Shown here: in pieces, positions 27,401 to 37,387 of the stretch
Numbering within the stretch: position 1 is the stretch's first letter
Layout of the letters: the number at the start of each line of letters is the position of its first letter
Sequence record: MZ475893.1
Direction: 5' to 3' (one strand)
DNA length: 64,000 nt
Position numbers and translations under genes: made by a program
The notes under the pieces: generated by a model
Database searches by the model: none
What the model was told of the DNA's origin: nothing
Seen by the model: only the letters and a program-made list of their open reading frames with translations

Positions 27401-30241
27401 GAACGTACCGGTCTGCAAGAAGCTCAGGCCAACGATGAAGAGGGTGTTCTGAGGAGCCTGCTTAATCACGTCGTACATACGATCTTCACCCCAGGAGTTC
27501 ACGGTGTCAGACGTAATAGGTACGGCGTTCCAACCATCAGCGATCTTGTGCAAGTCATCACACCAGTTCGATACGAGGTTGGTAGGGCAGATGATCAGAG
27601 GACGAATGTTCTCTTCACCCAGATCACTCAGCTCCTGAATGGTAGCAGCAATATCGGACAGACCGATGATTGTCTTACCACCGCCAGGCGAGATAAAGAC
27701 TGTAGCGTAGCGCGGACGGCGGCGAAGTGTTTTGTGCGCTTCTACCTGATGTGGTAAGAGTGCAGCACCAGCTTTGAGTCCAGGAATACGAATGTCTTCA
27801 ATCGTGATACCCTGATCAGGCTTGAGGCGTTCAATTTCAGTTTCCGCAGACTCGAAGATCTCCAGAGACTTAGGAATGACCGCGCTGTACATCTTGGAGA
27901 ACGGCAGAATGATTTGCTGCAAACGTTCTGCGCCTGGCGCTTCGTCGCTTTCAACCAGAGAGCTAAACAGCTTCTTACGATCAGCATTGCCGATAGCAGC
28001 AGCCAGCTCACGATACAGCGCACCACCGAAGTAGTTGTTCAGTCGCGCCATGTCGCTGATTTTGGCAGTCTGACCCATCACGAAGTAATGCGTGTGATTA
28101 GGCAGAGACTCCATAGCACCTGCAATGTCGCCGCTCATCTCAGTAACGGTAGTCGCTACCATGTTAGAGCCGCGCAGGCCAGACGCATCGTTGAGCACGC
28201 GCAGCATGATACGCATAGCAATCAGACCAGAATCACCCTGAGCCAGAGTGAAGTCATTCTCAATCAGACCCGCGTACAGGTTGTTGTCAAGAGAGCTTTC
28301 GGTCAGTGACGCGTTCTCTGCATCCATACCGATTGCAGCACGCGCTTGCTTGATCAGCGTAGGCAAATCAGGCACCAGCTTGTGGTCGAATGCGAAAGAA
28401 TACGCAGCCACAGTCTGTGCGATGATGCTAACAAGGCCATCAACTTCCGAGTCTTCGGTGGTCGTAAACACGATGGTCTTGTCGTTGACGCTATCGATCA
28501 GTTTGCCTTTCGCAGCTTCCAGTTTAGCCGCCTGCAACAGCAGGTCATTAGCAACACGATACGAGGTCATGTTACCGCTAGACTGATTGCTCATGATGTT
28601 GCGGATAACGTTCGACGCTGAGCGGAAGTTAGGCGTTTCGCCAGGCTCTGCAAAGTCGTAACCAAGCATATCAGCAACGTCTAACGAGTTAGGCGCTTTC
28701 ATACCGACAGTACGGGTTTCGTTAACCGACAGACCACCACCGTTCGAGGTGTTAACCACCAGCGCGAAGTCTGGGTCGACGCCGATACACACGTTGCTGA
28801 ATCGCGTTAACGATTTGGCTTCCGCCTGCATCGAGTTATCGAAGTCGAGGTTGCCGTTCTGAATAGCGAAGATGTTGGTACGCAGCGTCTGGTGTTCAGT
28901 AGACAGCGGTACGCCTTTCGCAAACAGATGCTCCAGCACGCGGTTCAGTTCGGTTTCGTAGTTGCGCACCATCTCAACGTCAATGTCTTCACGGCGAGGC
29001 AACACAGACAGCGTACCGTTAGGCATGATGGTCAGATCGTTTTCATCTGCAACAACATCATGGACAGCGTAGCCGAACTTCTCACGCAGTTGTTTGAGCG
29101 CAGGCAGGCCAGTAGCAGAGGTAACGTAACGTGGGATACGCGCAGCACGCGTGATACCAGTACGAGTAGAACCACTGATACGGAAGTAATAGCTCGTCCA
29201 GCCCTGGAACCAACGATACAGACACATGGTCTGAGTGTCAGCACCCTGAGAGATGTACTCAACCATCTCTTTGCTCAGGTTAACAATCAGGCCGCCTTCT
29301 GCACGAATGTCGGTAGCAATTGCTACTTCGTTGAACTCCAGCGGATAGTCGTGGCTGATCTTCATCGCTTCGAGTTTGCGATCAATCATCTGCTTACCTG
29401 GGATAGAGCGCAGGCCCAGAGTCATGAAGTCGCCGAGCGCATCAACAACGTCTTTGTCCAGATTACGGAACAGGTTGATATCCAGATTGTGCATCTTCGG
29501 GTGAACACCACGAAGCGCTGCGTTGTAGATAGACCAGTCTTTGCCGAGCGGGATACGAACAACTTTGGTCTGGAACACGTTGGCGTTGGTACGCGCCTCA
29601 CCGAAGATATCCTTATACAGGGTCTTCGCGGCATTGATAGCTGCCTGAGCAATGTCAGAGCTATACACCTGAATGTTCATCTGCTCAAAGTTAGAGTCGT
29701 TATCGACACGAGGACGATCACTACCCTGACTGTTCGTAACGTTGAAGTTACCTGCACCAGCAGCTGGAGACTGCGGGCATGGCGTGCCTGACATGATAAT
29801 GTCTTTGCCGCCTGGGTACACGGTACTGTTTTCGATGATAGCGCCTGAGGTGTTGCTCAAGTTTTCCGCTAACGCCGTTTTGATTTCACGCGACAGCTTA
29901 CCACTATTCAGCAGCACCTGAATCTTGTTCGTGGACATGTCCACATATTGCTGCACACGCTTGGTGAACTCTTCTGGCGCTACTTCCAGAATGTCTTCGA
30001 ACTCAGCGCCATTACGGATGATGTAGTTGAGCAAGTCGAATGCTGCATAGATACGGGCGACAGTTGACGCAGAGAACACGGCCAGTGTTTCATAGTGACG
30101 ACGTGCTTTGCCTGTCACGTACATCTTGGCCATGAGCTGCTCGGAGCCGAACGGTACAGGTTTTACCGCCAGCGCCTGATTAAAGCTATCAGCAATTTGC
30201 TGGGTCGCTGTGGCGGAGGTACTGATAATCTGATTCATCAT
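24407..30241 (-). CDS. Giant SNF2-family helicase/ATPase
   Basis: 1944 aa; PHQ, SPGGGKT, IICPTNLVSNW, LDESHKVKN, ATGT, LIVFT, SEGHNM, DTPWSPGTYDQSTARIFR. Confidence 0.88.
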   Translation of the reverse strand: MMNQIISTSATATQQIADSFNQALAVKPVPFGSEQLMAKMYVTGKARRHYETLAVFSASTVARIYAAFDLLNYIIRNGAEFEDILEVAPEEFTKRVQQYVDMSTNKIQVLLNSGKLSREIKTALAENLSNTSGAIIENSTVYPGGKDIIMSGTPCPQSPAAGAGNFNVTNSQGSDRPRVDNDSNFEQMNIQVYSSDIAQAAINAAKTLYKDIFGEARTNANVFQTKVVRIPLGKDWSIYNAALRGVHPKMHNLDINLFRNLDKDVVDALGDFMTLGLRSIPGKQMIDRKLEAMKISHDYPLEFNEVAIATDIRAEGGLIVNLSKEMVEYISQGADTQTMCLYRWFQGWTSYYFRISGSTRTGITRAARIPRYVTSATGLPALKQLREKFGYAVHDVVADENDLTIMPNGTLSVLPRREDIDVEMVRNYETELNRVLEHLFAKGVPLSTEHQTLRTNIFAIQNGNLDFDNSMQAEAKSLTRFSNVCIGVDPDFALVVNTSNGGGLSVNETRTVGMKAPNSLDVADMLGYDFAEPGETPNFRSASNVIRNIMSNQSSGNMTSYRVANDLLLQAAKLEAAKGKLIDSVNDKTIVFTTTEDSEVDGLVSIIAQTVAAYSFAFDHKLVPDLPTLIKQARAAIGMDAENASLTESSLDNNLYAGLIENDFTLAQGDSGLIAMRIMLRVLNDASGLRGSNMVATTVTEMSGDIAGAMESLPNHTHYFVMGQTAKISDMARLNNYFGGALYRELAAAIGNADRKKLFSSLVESDEAPGAERLQQIILPFSKMYSAVIPKSLEIFESAETEIERLKPDQGITIEDIRIPGLKAGAALLPHQVEAHKTLRRRPRYATVFISPGGGKTIIGLSDIAATIQELSDLGEENIRPLIICPTNLVSNWCDDLHKIADGWNAVPITSDTVNSWGEDRMYDVIKQAPQNTLFIVGLSFLQTGTFNVDIGGVRVRVRGAVEFVNRFNFSYVMLDESHKVKNFSGGQSGSQVHFNTKAVFTAPSVRYARIATGTLVTDRVRDIVGQAALMTPAMFGDSLDVAYDGAKDDIEMIRRAHSRMSNHTAFISFKRKNWAFMLPNPIDTFIQVEIDDPTVPNSSLHQEVYNAMYAQVLEKLQEAANNAKRRAASAGEDDEEDGAEATASDDIDEDDIEEGDDLGALLAGNADLNMYFQRMEMMLTDPMGDDVARLTFENAGVTKFVSAKVLTIIERIRKHFEVQPERDPLVKEQQIFNWTQGVTPRELDMAVYQGQKYLARKQSEEFQRQTLPPSMVPPPEDPDYWKPEVQGKLIVFTRYTRAANAIFNALPENYKKVAVVYHGEVGKLGQNKEANLDAFKTDDRVQILIANEQAISEGHNMQMGSRIIRCDTPWSPGTYDQSTARIFRPDVAAAVLDENGKPGDMKREAVFIDWVMTNKTLEVGKVARLMWKTLEKTRFDEKGNQRYEKLDQYQLAPIKMNASLLIDNNTMEDFKPYFLAKRDLNDIEAQEFQEMRKTTIAAMQPLPATPALRDFRIMEQVPIVANQKIPDRHNWGLERLLDWARNQNFSSGENVKDALNRAPVVTEFGNGIIVSVTVRTADGKLRADSPISTVRVRLAGGEEIVTVPANKVHYAGKVSPADLKRFFEVRKPWATAKDRKRVEAEAKRVEVEDTVTDETQTADSKATEKKVEAQERKNARVTQRKANKEEGKPINEGVEQAAARVRRRKAAELPPLDNKVRKAVRGAAVTLDDGTDMSLELTPTVYNGFVALYADATDPDAKALKDFEFTEFGDYVYIDCAYYSDFEKFLDFIEAKKLDFDGPSSRRLEFVQDFFDESTPKLSFNYQLAVKAQSQLKQFFQIRHTSAKDVKHIKAYPMVMEDRLRIMFDLATNPKVKRFVGTKIPNTRKFGTFSLSSGMWISFVKNVAGAKARINRIQKAGYSIPNMKQCLAALTKLKLTASKDKSV

Positions 30242-30735
30242 TCACCCAGTTTAGTGTAGTTGTCAATCACTGACTGCCACAAAGCAGGCACCTGAAGGCG
30301 ACGATCAGCAGCAATGTCTGAGAGAGTCATTGCCAATGCGTATGCACGCAGAGGTTTGAGTCCTTCAAACTTATCACGAGTGAACACCGAACCTAATTGC
30401 TCGTTGGTCAGTTCGTTATACTGCTCGCGGTATTCTGCACGATACTTAACGTAGCTACCGTCATCAACAGGGGTGGTGTCAGGCGCGGACTGTGCGAATT
30501 GAATCGTCTTAGCCATAGCATCCATCAACAGCAGAAGGTCTGCTTGATCGTATGGCGAAATGTCAGGTACGCCCGCTTTACCCAAAAGGTCCACAACTGA
30601 TTGCGGCAATTGGATAGGCTCACGCGAATCTGACACAGACTGCATAATCCCTTGAGCTGCACCAGCGTAGCGTTTATCACTACCAGCCAGTTCAGCCAAG
30701 AGAGAAACGAGTCGTGCGTTAATCTCTAAACTCAC
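30238..30735 (-). CDS. Hypothetical protein
   Basis: 165 aa, GTG start with AGGAG SD. Confidence 0.7.
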   Translation of the reverse strand: MSLEINARLVSLLAELAGSDKRYAGAAQGIMQSVSDSREPIQLPQSVVDLLGKAGVPDISPYDQADLLLLMDAMAKTIQFAQSAPDTTPVDDGSYVKYRAEYREQYNELTNEQLGSVFTRDKFEGLKPLRAYALAMTLSDIAADRRLQVPALWQSVIDNYTKLGE

Positions 30736-30745
30736 GGTGATTCTC

Positions 30746-31528
30746 CTAAGTAAAAATGCTCTTGACCAAACTGTTGAGTTTCTTCTCTACGGCAGTGCGC
30801 TTGTGAGAAGTCAAAAAACAGCACAGTCTGCGAGACTGTAAGTGCAACGCAAAAGCATTACCCTTAACGCGCATACAGCTAATCCCCAGGTCCAGATTCC
30901 ATGGATGCCACTGACGCGGTAATAACATGGCTTGCTGAATCGCCGGATAAGTGTCCGTAACAACAGGCGAAGGGGACTTTGCAAGTTTCTGAGTCAAATT
31001 ATCAGTCTTGAACAAAGCCTTAGGCTGTTTGTTAGAAAACCAGTAAGGAACCTGTCTGTGGAGTATCTCACCCACTTTCGGGATTCCTGTGCGATTAGTC
31101 TGCGGCACGTATACCAAGTATATATCAACTGTCGTGTTAATGCAATTGGCTACGCGATTAAAATCGCTGGTGGTTCGTGAGTGCACCTCAGCAAGACGAA
31201 ACTTGCTATTGAACTCAATACGTTGCAGCCAGCGTTTCAAATCTGTCTGTTGCAGTTTAAGCAGCGCACGCGCACTATCGATTGAATGACGAGTGACACG
31301 CGGCACAGGACGAATCAAATACTTTGTGCTGGTGCGAGACAGAGAAGACAGGAAGCCATCAACAACACGTTCCATGCCAAGAGGCTGGGGCAGCGAGTTG
31401 AATAAATCTACCGCTGTTTGTGTTGAGATGTACGATCCCCAAGCATCAAGATACTCAGGGTCTACGCAATCAGGGAAGTTCCGCAGATCGAGACCGACAG
31501 CAGAACCATAGGCTTTCAAACGACTCAC
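30746..31528 (-). CDS. Hypothetical protein
   Basis: 260 aa, start overlaps HNH stop. Confidence 0.65.
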   Translation of the reverse strand: MSRLKAYGSAVGLDLRNFPDCVDPEYLDAWGSYISTQTAVDLFNSLPQPLGMERVVDGFLSSLSRTSTKYLIRPVPRVTRHSIDSARALLKLQQTDLKRWLQRIEFNSKFRLAEVHSRTTSDFNRVANCINTTVDIYLVYVPQTNRTGIPKVGEILHRQVPYWFSNKQPKALFKTDNLTQKLAKSPSPVVTDTYPAIQQAMLLPRQWHPWNLDLGISCMRVKGNAFALHLQSRRLCCFLTSHKRTAVEKKLNSLVKSIFT

Positions 31529-31890
31529 CGTCTACCTCCATGAAGCAACTTCGAACCTCTTCGGTTCGCTGAGCCTATCTGGTTATTATCACAATCGTGG
31601 CATAGCAGCTCCAGATTGTGTTTGAGATTGCTTCCACCACGTGAGTGGGGAACTTTGTGGTTAAGAATCAGTTGTGGTGTGCGCTTACCGCAACGTTCAC
31701 ACGCTTGACCACGCTCATCAATGATCTGCATTTTGAATGCGTGCCACTCTGAACGGTCCATACGAACATGCGTACCAGCACGCGCACGCTCCATACCTGA
31801 AACACCAGCAAGGCGTTGAGTAGTGGACAGGCTACGACCCCGACCGCCATTCTGTCTTGCAGCGATACCGCCACGCGCTCTATATACCAT
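31525..31890 (-). CDS. HNH endonuclease
   Basis: CERCG...NHKVPHSRGGSN...NLELLCHDCD. Confidence 0.88.
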   Translation of the reverse strand: MVYRARGGIAARQNGGRGRSLSTTQRLAGVSGMERARAGTHVRMDRSEWHAFKMQIIDERGQACERCGKRTPQLILNHKVPHSRGGSNLKHNLELLCHDCDNNQIGSANRRGSKLLHGGRR

Positions 31891-31923
31891 GAGAACCTCC
31901 TACAGTTTATTTTACAGTTGTTT

Positions 31924-32745
31924 TTATGCTGAGGAGCTGAATATCTCAACTGTTTTATTCAAGCCCGCCTGGTACGCCATCTCAATGTCTTTAGCAGCGT
32001 TACGGATAATCTGCGTAACAGCAGCATCGGCTTTGGCGATCTCTTCGATAGCGAGGTTCTTTTTGTTCCACGCTTTGATCAGATGGTTAACGCCAACAAG
32101 AATCGTACCGGCAGACTCTGCAAATGGTCCCATAACTTCGGCGTTAAGGATTTCAGCAAGCTGGGAAACGTCACGCAACGCACGAAGGTCAGCAATGATT
32201 TCACGCATCTGATTGTATAGCTGCATCAGCGCATAAATGTCACGGCTTTGTTTCTTGTCGCGGTAGTTCTCCTCACAGATACGAGCCATAGACTGACACT
32301 GACCGAACATTGTCATGTACTCGGCGATCTGTTCATTCTCTTGCTTGATGACGTCAGGTACTTCTGACAGCACTTCCATCAGTTCGCCTTCTAAGGCAAC
32401 GAGGTCAGTACCACCCATAGACTTGACTTTCTTTTTCTTCTTCGCCTCTTTGATTGTCTCAACGGCGTTAGTTTTCTTTTTCTTTTTCTTCGCCTTCTTT
32501 TCTTCTTTCACGGCCAATGCTTTTTGTGTGGCCGCAATATCCGCATACATCTCATCGGCATCAATGCGCGTAGGCATAATGTCTTTCGAGCTATCGGATT
32601 TCTTTTTCTTTTTAACCTTCACGCCTTTGCTAACTGTCTTAGCTTTCTTGACGGAAGTCTTTGCCTTCACCGTCGCCTTCTTTTTCTTCTTGACAGGAAG
32701 AGGCTGAGCGTGTGAGCCAATGTCGTCCAAGCTTATGGCTGGCAT
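31924..32745 (-). CDS. Hypothetical protein with Lys-rich N-terminus
   Basis: 273 aa; several KKKKK tracts then a helical C-terminal domain. Confidence 0.7.
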   Translation of the reverse strand: MPAISLDDIGSHAQPLPVKKKKKATVKAKTSVKKAKTVSKGVKVKKKKKSDSSKDIMPTRIDADEMYADIAATQKALAVKEEKKAKKKKKKTNAVETIKEAKKKKKVKSMGGTDLVALEGELMEVLSEVPDVIKQENEQIAEYMTMFGQCQSMARICEENYRDKKQSRDIYALMQLYNQMREIIADLRALRDVSQLAEILNAEVMGPFAESAGTILVGVNHLIKAWNKKNLAIEEIAKADAAVTQIIRNAAKDIEMAYQAGLNKTVEIFSSSA

Positions 32746-32767
32746 AGTGAAATCCTCTGAGGAAATG

Positions 32768-32795
32768 AAAAAGGGAACCCTGTTAGGCTCCCTTT
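32768..32795 (-). terminator. Rho-independent terminator
   Basis: AAAGGGAGCC-TAACA-GGGTTCCCTTTTT. Confidence 0.7.
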
Positions 32796-32803
32796 AGGGT
32801 TTG

Positions 32804-33610
32804 TTAGAAGCTGTGTGCGCGAATACGATCAGCCAGAAGCGAGAAGTATTCAGGGCTGTAGCGATATACCTTAGCGTAGTAGTCGAGCAGCTTAGGCACA
32901 TCAACACCAGCAGCGGCAGACACGCTATCCAGCGCAGGGAACTGGCGCTCGTCAAGCTCATCGCTCGGCAGCACAGCTACCATTGAAGCTGAGGTGATTT
33001 GTTCGTTGTTACCTTCGAAGTCAACAACAAGGAAGCTGTTGTCGTCAGTAACACGCGCAGCAACGAAGCCAACAGTCAACGCACCTGACGCAGACACGAA
33101 GCTAATCATGTCACCGCCCTGAGCACCAGCACGGTCAGCAGCATTAGCAGACAGAGCCTGGGCAACTTCTGGCAGACGTGCGTTCAGGTTGAAAGCAGCA
33201 GCACCAGACACAGAGCGAATCATATCGATCAGGTCGGCGTTATCGTTTGCTTCTGACTGGCGCACCAGAACATCTTCACCGCTTTCAGATTTGCGAACAG
33301 CCCACATGCGCTCTTGTTTGTCCATGTACATGTTCTTGGACAGAGCCTGGAACTCATCGCCCATCTGAGCAACAGGAACGATATCCTGCATACGGGTCAG
33401 AATGGTACGAACGAAGCTGGAGGTTTTACCCTGCTCAATCATCGAGGTCGCACCCTGAACAGGCATGAACTCGCGATCACAGGAAGCGCTCACGATAGCA
33501 CCGAAGTTATCGGTAATATCTTCGTTTGGGGTATGTGTAACTTGCACGATGGCCACACTCTGGGTGTCGTTGAGCTGGTCAATCTGCTTGATGAAAGCGT
33601 CCATTGTCAT
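32804..33610 (-). CDS. Hypothetical protein, probably virion/head-associated
   Basis: Start reassigned to MTMDAF (AGGAG SD); late-class motif upstream; several internal SxSA-like sites. Confidence 0.65.
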   Translation of the reverse strand: MTMDAFIKQIDQLNDTQSVAIVQVTHTPNEDITDNFGAIVSASCDREFMPVQGATSMIEQGKTSSFVRTILTRMQDIVPVAQMGDEFQALSKNMYMDKQERMWAVRKSESGEDVLVRQSEANDNADLIDMIRSVSGAAAFNLNARLPEVAQALSANAADRAGAQGGDMISFVSASGALTVGFVAARVTDDNSFLVVDFEGNNEQITSASMVAVLPSDELDERQFPALDSVSAAAGVDVPKLLDYYAKVYRYSPEYFSLLADRIRAHSF

Positions 33611-33653
33611 CTCCTGGGATATGTTTGACAATATGAAATTAGTATTTCGAGGG

Positions 33654-34817
33654 TTACCTGGTCACGCTGTAACGCGCATTTACCCAGATACTTCGGTTAC
33701 CAACAGTTGCCCACTTGGTAGTAGGAGCGTTTGTGATGCCGAGCTTGCCGAGAGAACGCGCGCCATCGATAGCACCAGAACCCTGAGAACCATCACCATC
33801 GTTGATACCAGCTTTCGACAGTTTGTTCTTCAAGTTGGTGACAGGACCTTGTATCTGTGTTTCGATTCTGCCTAAAGCAGCTTCGATAGCAGGGGTGCGG
33901 TCCATATTGAGGTTGACTACTTGCCCAGTGAAGTCAAAGGCCATACTGCCCTCTGCTTGCAACTGAGCGGCGAGCGCATAGTAACACGCACACGTTAGCC
34001 AACCATCAAGTATTGTACCTTGCATGTTCGTACCACTAAAGCCCGTAACACGAGGGCCTACCATGTTGAACAGCGCAAGGCCACGATAGAGATAACCAAT
34101 CAGATCAGCCTGAGTGTATTCCAACTCAGGTATCACGTTAAACGCACGAGCTTTGTTGATGTGGTCTTCGACAAAGGAAGCAGCGAGCAACACTTGAGGA
34201 GTGATTACCCACAGCTTATACGTGTACATCTTGGTCGTCTTACGTGTCGCAGAAGTGTGTGAGGCGATAAGCGAGATAGGTTCGAGGCGACGAGTCGCTA
34301 CCCATACAGGCACTTTGAACACGCATGTATCAGCGCGGTTCACAATCATCTTAACACCTGCATCGCTGGAACTAATGTCCGTCGCAATGATTTGGTTGTT
34401 GAGAGACAACTGGAAGCGCAGCTTATCACCACGAGTATCAAAATGAAAAGGCAACGTTAGCTCAAACGTTTCTTCATCGCCGAACAAACACACAATGTCT
34501 GTTACACGGTTTTCAGTCAGAGGCTCAACGGTCAGTTCTTGGCGCGACTGCACGAGTCCCTCTTCGGACTCATATCGCCATGAGACAGTCAGACGTTTAG
34601 CGTCCGTAAGCCCCATGTTAGGAACTGCAAGGTCTGCGGTCCAATAGCCAGGCACTTCACCTGTCGTGGCAACCACTTGAGCAAGCACAGAACGATCTGA
34701 GGGATCGATGAGCGTTACCACAGGCCCCATGTCGTCTGACTGAGGATAAATCGGTTCGTCTAGGTCGTTGAAGAAACCTTCCTCAATGACCAATACGTTA
34801 CCTTCAACAGTGCGCAT
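33654..34817 (-). CDS. Putative virion structural protein (possible head-tail adaptor)
   Basis: Start reassigned to ATG 34817; beta-rich N-terminus and helical C-terminus; assignment is inference from context. Confidence 0.4.
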   Translation of the reverse strand: MRTVEGNVLVIEEGFFNDLDEPIYPQSDDMGPVVTLIDPSDRSVLAQVVATTGEVPGYWTADLAVPNMGLTDAKRLTVSWRYESEEGLVQSRQELTVEPLTENRVTDIVCLFGDEETFELTLPFHFDTRGDKLRFQLSLNNQIIATDISSSDAGVKMIVNRADTCVFKVPVWVATRRLEPISLIASHTSATRKTTKMYTYKLWVITPQVLLAASFVEDHINKARAFNVIPELEYTQADLIGYLYRGLALFNMVGPRVTGFSGTNMQGTILDGWLTCACYYALAAQLQAEGSMAFDFTGQVVNLNMDRTPAIEAALGRIETQIQGPVTNLKNKLSKAGINDGDGSQGSGAIDGARSLGKLGITNAPTTKWATVGNRSIWVNARYSVTR

Positions 34818-34818
34818 A

Positions 34819-35925
34819 TCAACCTGCCTTAGTGAGTCCCAGGTACTCAATTAAATTGCGTAGCTGGTCATTGAACCCACCGGATATAAGCGCTCTCGCC
34901 ATATTCAAGTGATTCGAAGAAACTGCACGCACAACCTTAGCCTGATACTCTGGAACGTTTTGCATGTTCTGAGTCAGGTTGTAGAAATAGCTGCGCACAA
35001 AGTTAGTTCGCTCCACATTGCTCGCTTCCATATCAGACGTATCTTGCGTCGGAGTAAGAAGCATATACAGGGCAGCAAGCAGTTCAGGAGTCGGGTCAAC
35101 AATCTGCGATGCGATAGCGGCACTAAGTTTCATCATGCCTTTCGCAACGAAGTCCGCGACAGTTTTGTCGATATACTCGGTGCCAGACTTGCCTACGTTC
35201 GGAAGATACAGTTTCGGCAGAATGTACATGCAGAAGTAAAGAGGGAAGTCTTTACGCATAACGTCCGAGATAAGCATCTCTGAATAGTCTTTCCAGATGT
35301 TCACGTTGTAGTGCCATTCATCGTACGGCACAGTGCGCATCAGGTTAGACACACTCAGGTCGAGCACCTGATTGGCTGTCGTAGCCAAGTCGATGTAGTT
35401 TGCAGCAGGCGAAAGGGACGCACTCGAAACCAATTGAACGTAGTTACGAGTCACAGCACCAACAGTGTTGTAGATAACATTGAGGAACTCAAGTCCGTTG
35501 CCGTTAAGCGCGAACAACACAGAGCGAGGTAGACCGACAGTCAGGTATTCGTTATTGTCAGCTACACCCCATAAACGCCAATAGCGCCCACGACCAAGCT
35601 GCGTCAGAGGTTGAGGCAGCACGCGGTTGGGGCGCGGCTTGAGGCAAAACGTGAAGCAGATACCGCTGTCAATCATGATCACTGAATCATCGGGGCGATT
35701 CGAGTAACCCATCGACATTTGATTGTCGGTACTGAATACGTTAACCAGAGTGAAGTTCAGAGCTTTGGTGAAAGGCATCTGAGCTTCAATTATCTGGGAG
35801 ATGACTTGACGCAAGATAGTGTCAAGCACATAAGGAGAAGCACTTCGCATTTGTTGCGGTCGATACTGACCACCGAAAGTGCTTTCCTTGAATGTGCGAT
35901 CTACCTTGTAGTGGGTCATTGCCAT
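34819..35925 (-). CDS. Hypothetical protein
   Basis: 368 aa, coupled to upstream gene. Confidence 0.7.
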   Translation of the reverse strand: MAMTHYKVDRTFKESTFGGQYRPQQMRSASPYVLDTILRQVISQIIEAQMPFTKALNFTLVNVFSTDNQMSMGYSNRPDDSVIMIDSGICFTFCLKPRPNRVLPQPLTQLGRGRYWRLWGVADNNEYLTVGLPRSVLFALNGNGLEFLNVIYNTVGAVTRNYVQLVSSASLSPAANYIDLATTANQVLDLSVSNLMRTVPYDEWHYNVNIWKDYSEMLISDVMRKDFPLYFCMYILPKLYLPNVGKSGTEYIDKTVADFVAKGMMKLSAAIASQIVDPTPELLAALYMLLTPTQDTSDMEASNVERTNFVRSYFYNLTQNMQNVPEYQAKVVRAVSSNHLNMARALISGGFNDQLRNLIEYLGLTKAG

Positions 35926-37214
35926 TACTTGACCGACTGTTTAAGCAGACGCTTCTGTTGAGGACTCAGACCCATAACGTCGGAGATTTGATCAATCTTC
36001 GCCAGAGTCAGAACGCCTTTAGCAGTACCGCTAGAACCAGTCAGGCTGATCTTAACGAACTCACGTCCTTCACGACCTGTGACCAGCTGGTGGATAAGAG
36101 TGTTCTTACCGCTACGGCCCGCACGCAATGCGCTGCTTGCCATGCCCAGAATCTCGGTAACAGCTTCGCGCTTCTCGGAAGGAGACAGGCCAGGAACGAG
36201 ACGCACATAAAGGCTGTCGTTCTGCACACGCACGGAGTCGAAGATTTCTTTCTTGCGACCACGAACGGTATGCTGGCGTTGACCCAACTGAGTCATGTTA
36301 CGCAGGTCATCAGTCGAACGATTGATAGGCTTACGTTCGCTGTAGTTCAGGAATCCATCCAGAGCCATCAGCTGGTTGATAGCACGCTTCATTTCAGGAG
36401 CGGTTTCAATCAGACGGCCCAGTGGGAATGAGTTAGGAACTTTCTCATCCACCAGCGAGGTGATGTAGTTTTCACTCAGACCAGTAGCCACTGCAATCTT
36501 GGTAGAGACTACGATAGCATAGGTCGGATAGTGCAGGCCGTCAGAGTTCACGAAGTTATCGATGAACACATAGGTCTGGAAGATGATTGGGTCAGTACCC
36601 TGCGCGATGAAAGTACGTGTACGAATCTTAGAGTAATCTTCTTTACTCAGAATCTTCGACAGGTAGTTAGCGATGGTAGCAGCCAACTTGGTGTGTTCTT
36701 TCGGTGCGCCGTTCTTAACGTCAATGCTCATCAAACGCACCAGCTGGGTCTGCTGGTCTTTGGCCTGATTGATAACACTAAGCAATGACTTGGAAGCGCC
36801 TGTCTGATCTTTGAAGGCACTGAACGTTTTGCTATTCAGAATCTGATAAGCAACGGACAACTCGCCGATAGCCTGAGACAACTGACTGACCTGAGCGTTA
36901 TATTTAGCTTTGTTCTGGACGTCAGAAATATCAATCTTCGACAAGTCGATCACTTGGTTCAGATCGATTGACTTGGCCTGTTTACCTTTGATTGAGCCTT
37001 CCAGATCAGAAAGTTCAATCGCTTTAGGGCTGGCGCTAACAGACAGCAGCTTCTTAGGAATGGTTACAGAGGTAGCAAGAGAGATAACGTTTTCAAGTAC
37101 CTTCTTGAACTCTTTAGCAGTACGTGCATTACGCAACGCCACCATGTTCCCAGAGCCGTAATCAACGGATGCGCTGATGCTGCTAACTTCATTGTTTTTG
37201 GCAGTCTTAGCCAT
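35925..37214 (-). CDS. Hypothetical protein, probably virion-associated
   Basis: Start reassigned to MAKTAK (GAGGA SD); late-class motif upstream; SSISA and SVSA sites. Confidence 0.65.
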   Translation of the reverse strand: MAKTAKNNEVSSISASVDYGSGNMVALRNARTAKEFKKVLENVISLATSVTIPKKLLSVSASPKAIELSDLEGSIKGKQAKSIDLNQVIDLSKIDISDVQNKAKYNAQVSQLSQAIGELSVAYQILNSKTFSAFKDQTGASKSLLSVINQAKDQQTQLVRLMSIDVKNGAPKEHTKLAATIANYLSKILSKEDYSKIRTRTFIAQGTDPIIFQTYVFIDNFVNSDGLHYPTYAIVVSTKIAVATGLSENYITSLVDEKVPNSFPLGRLIETAPEMKRAINQLMALDGFLNYSERKPINRSTDDLRNMTQLGQRQHTVRGRKKEIFDSVRVQNDSLYVRLVPGLSPSEKREAVTEILGMASSALRAGRSGKNTLIHQLVTGREGREFVKISLTGSSGTAKGVLTLAKIDQISDVMGLSPQQKRLLKQSVK

Positions 37215-37327
37215 GATTATCCTCGGCTGGGGCAATTGTTCGAATCGAGTAAAAATTAGCGACAAGGAGCTGTTTATTTCTGATCTTAGCGCAGGAAGAC
37301 TTTACAAATTTTTTGACTGAGAATGAC

Positions 37328-37355
37328 AAAAGGGCCACCCGAAGGCAGCCCTTTT
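37328..37355 (-). terminator. Rho-independent terminator (possibly bidirectional)
   Basis: AAAAGGGCTGCC-TTCG-GGTGGCCCTTTT. Confidence 0.75.
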
Positions 37356-37387
37356 GTTTTCGCATCTGTATAGCTGACCGAAGTCAA

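Noticed and set aside
15426-30241. Inteins or introns in the helicases and polymerase
   Set aside because: No C/S...HN-C/S/T splice junctions or LAGLIDADG blocks seen; motif spacing looks normal
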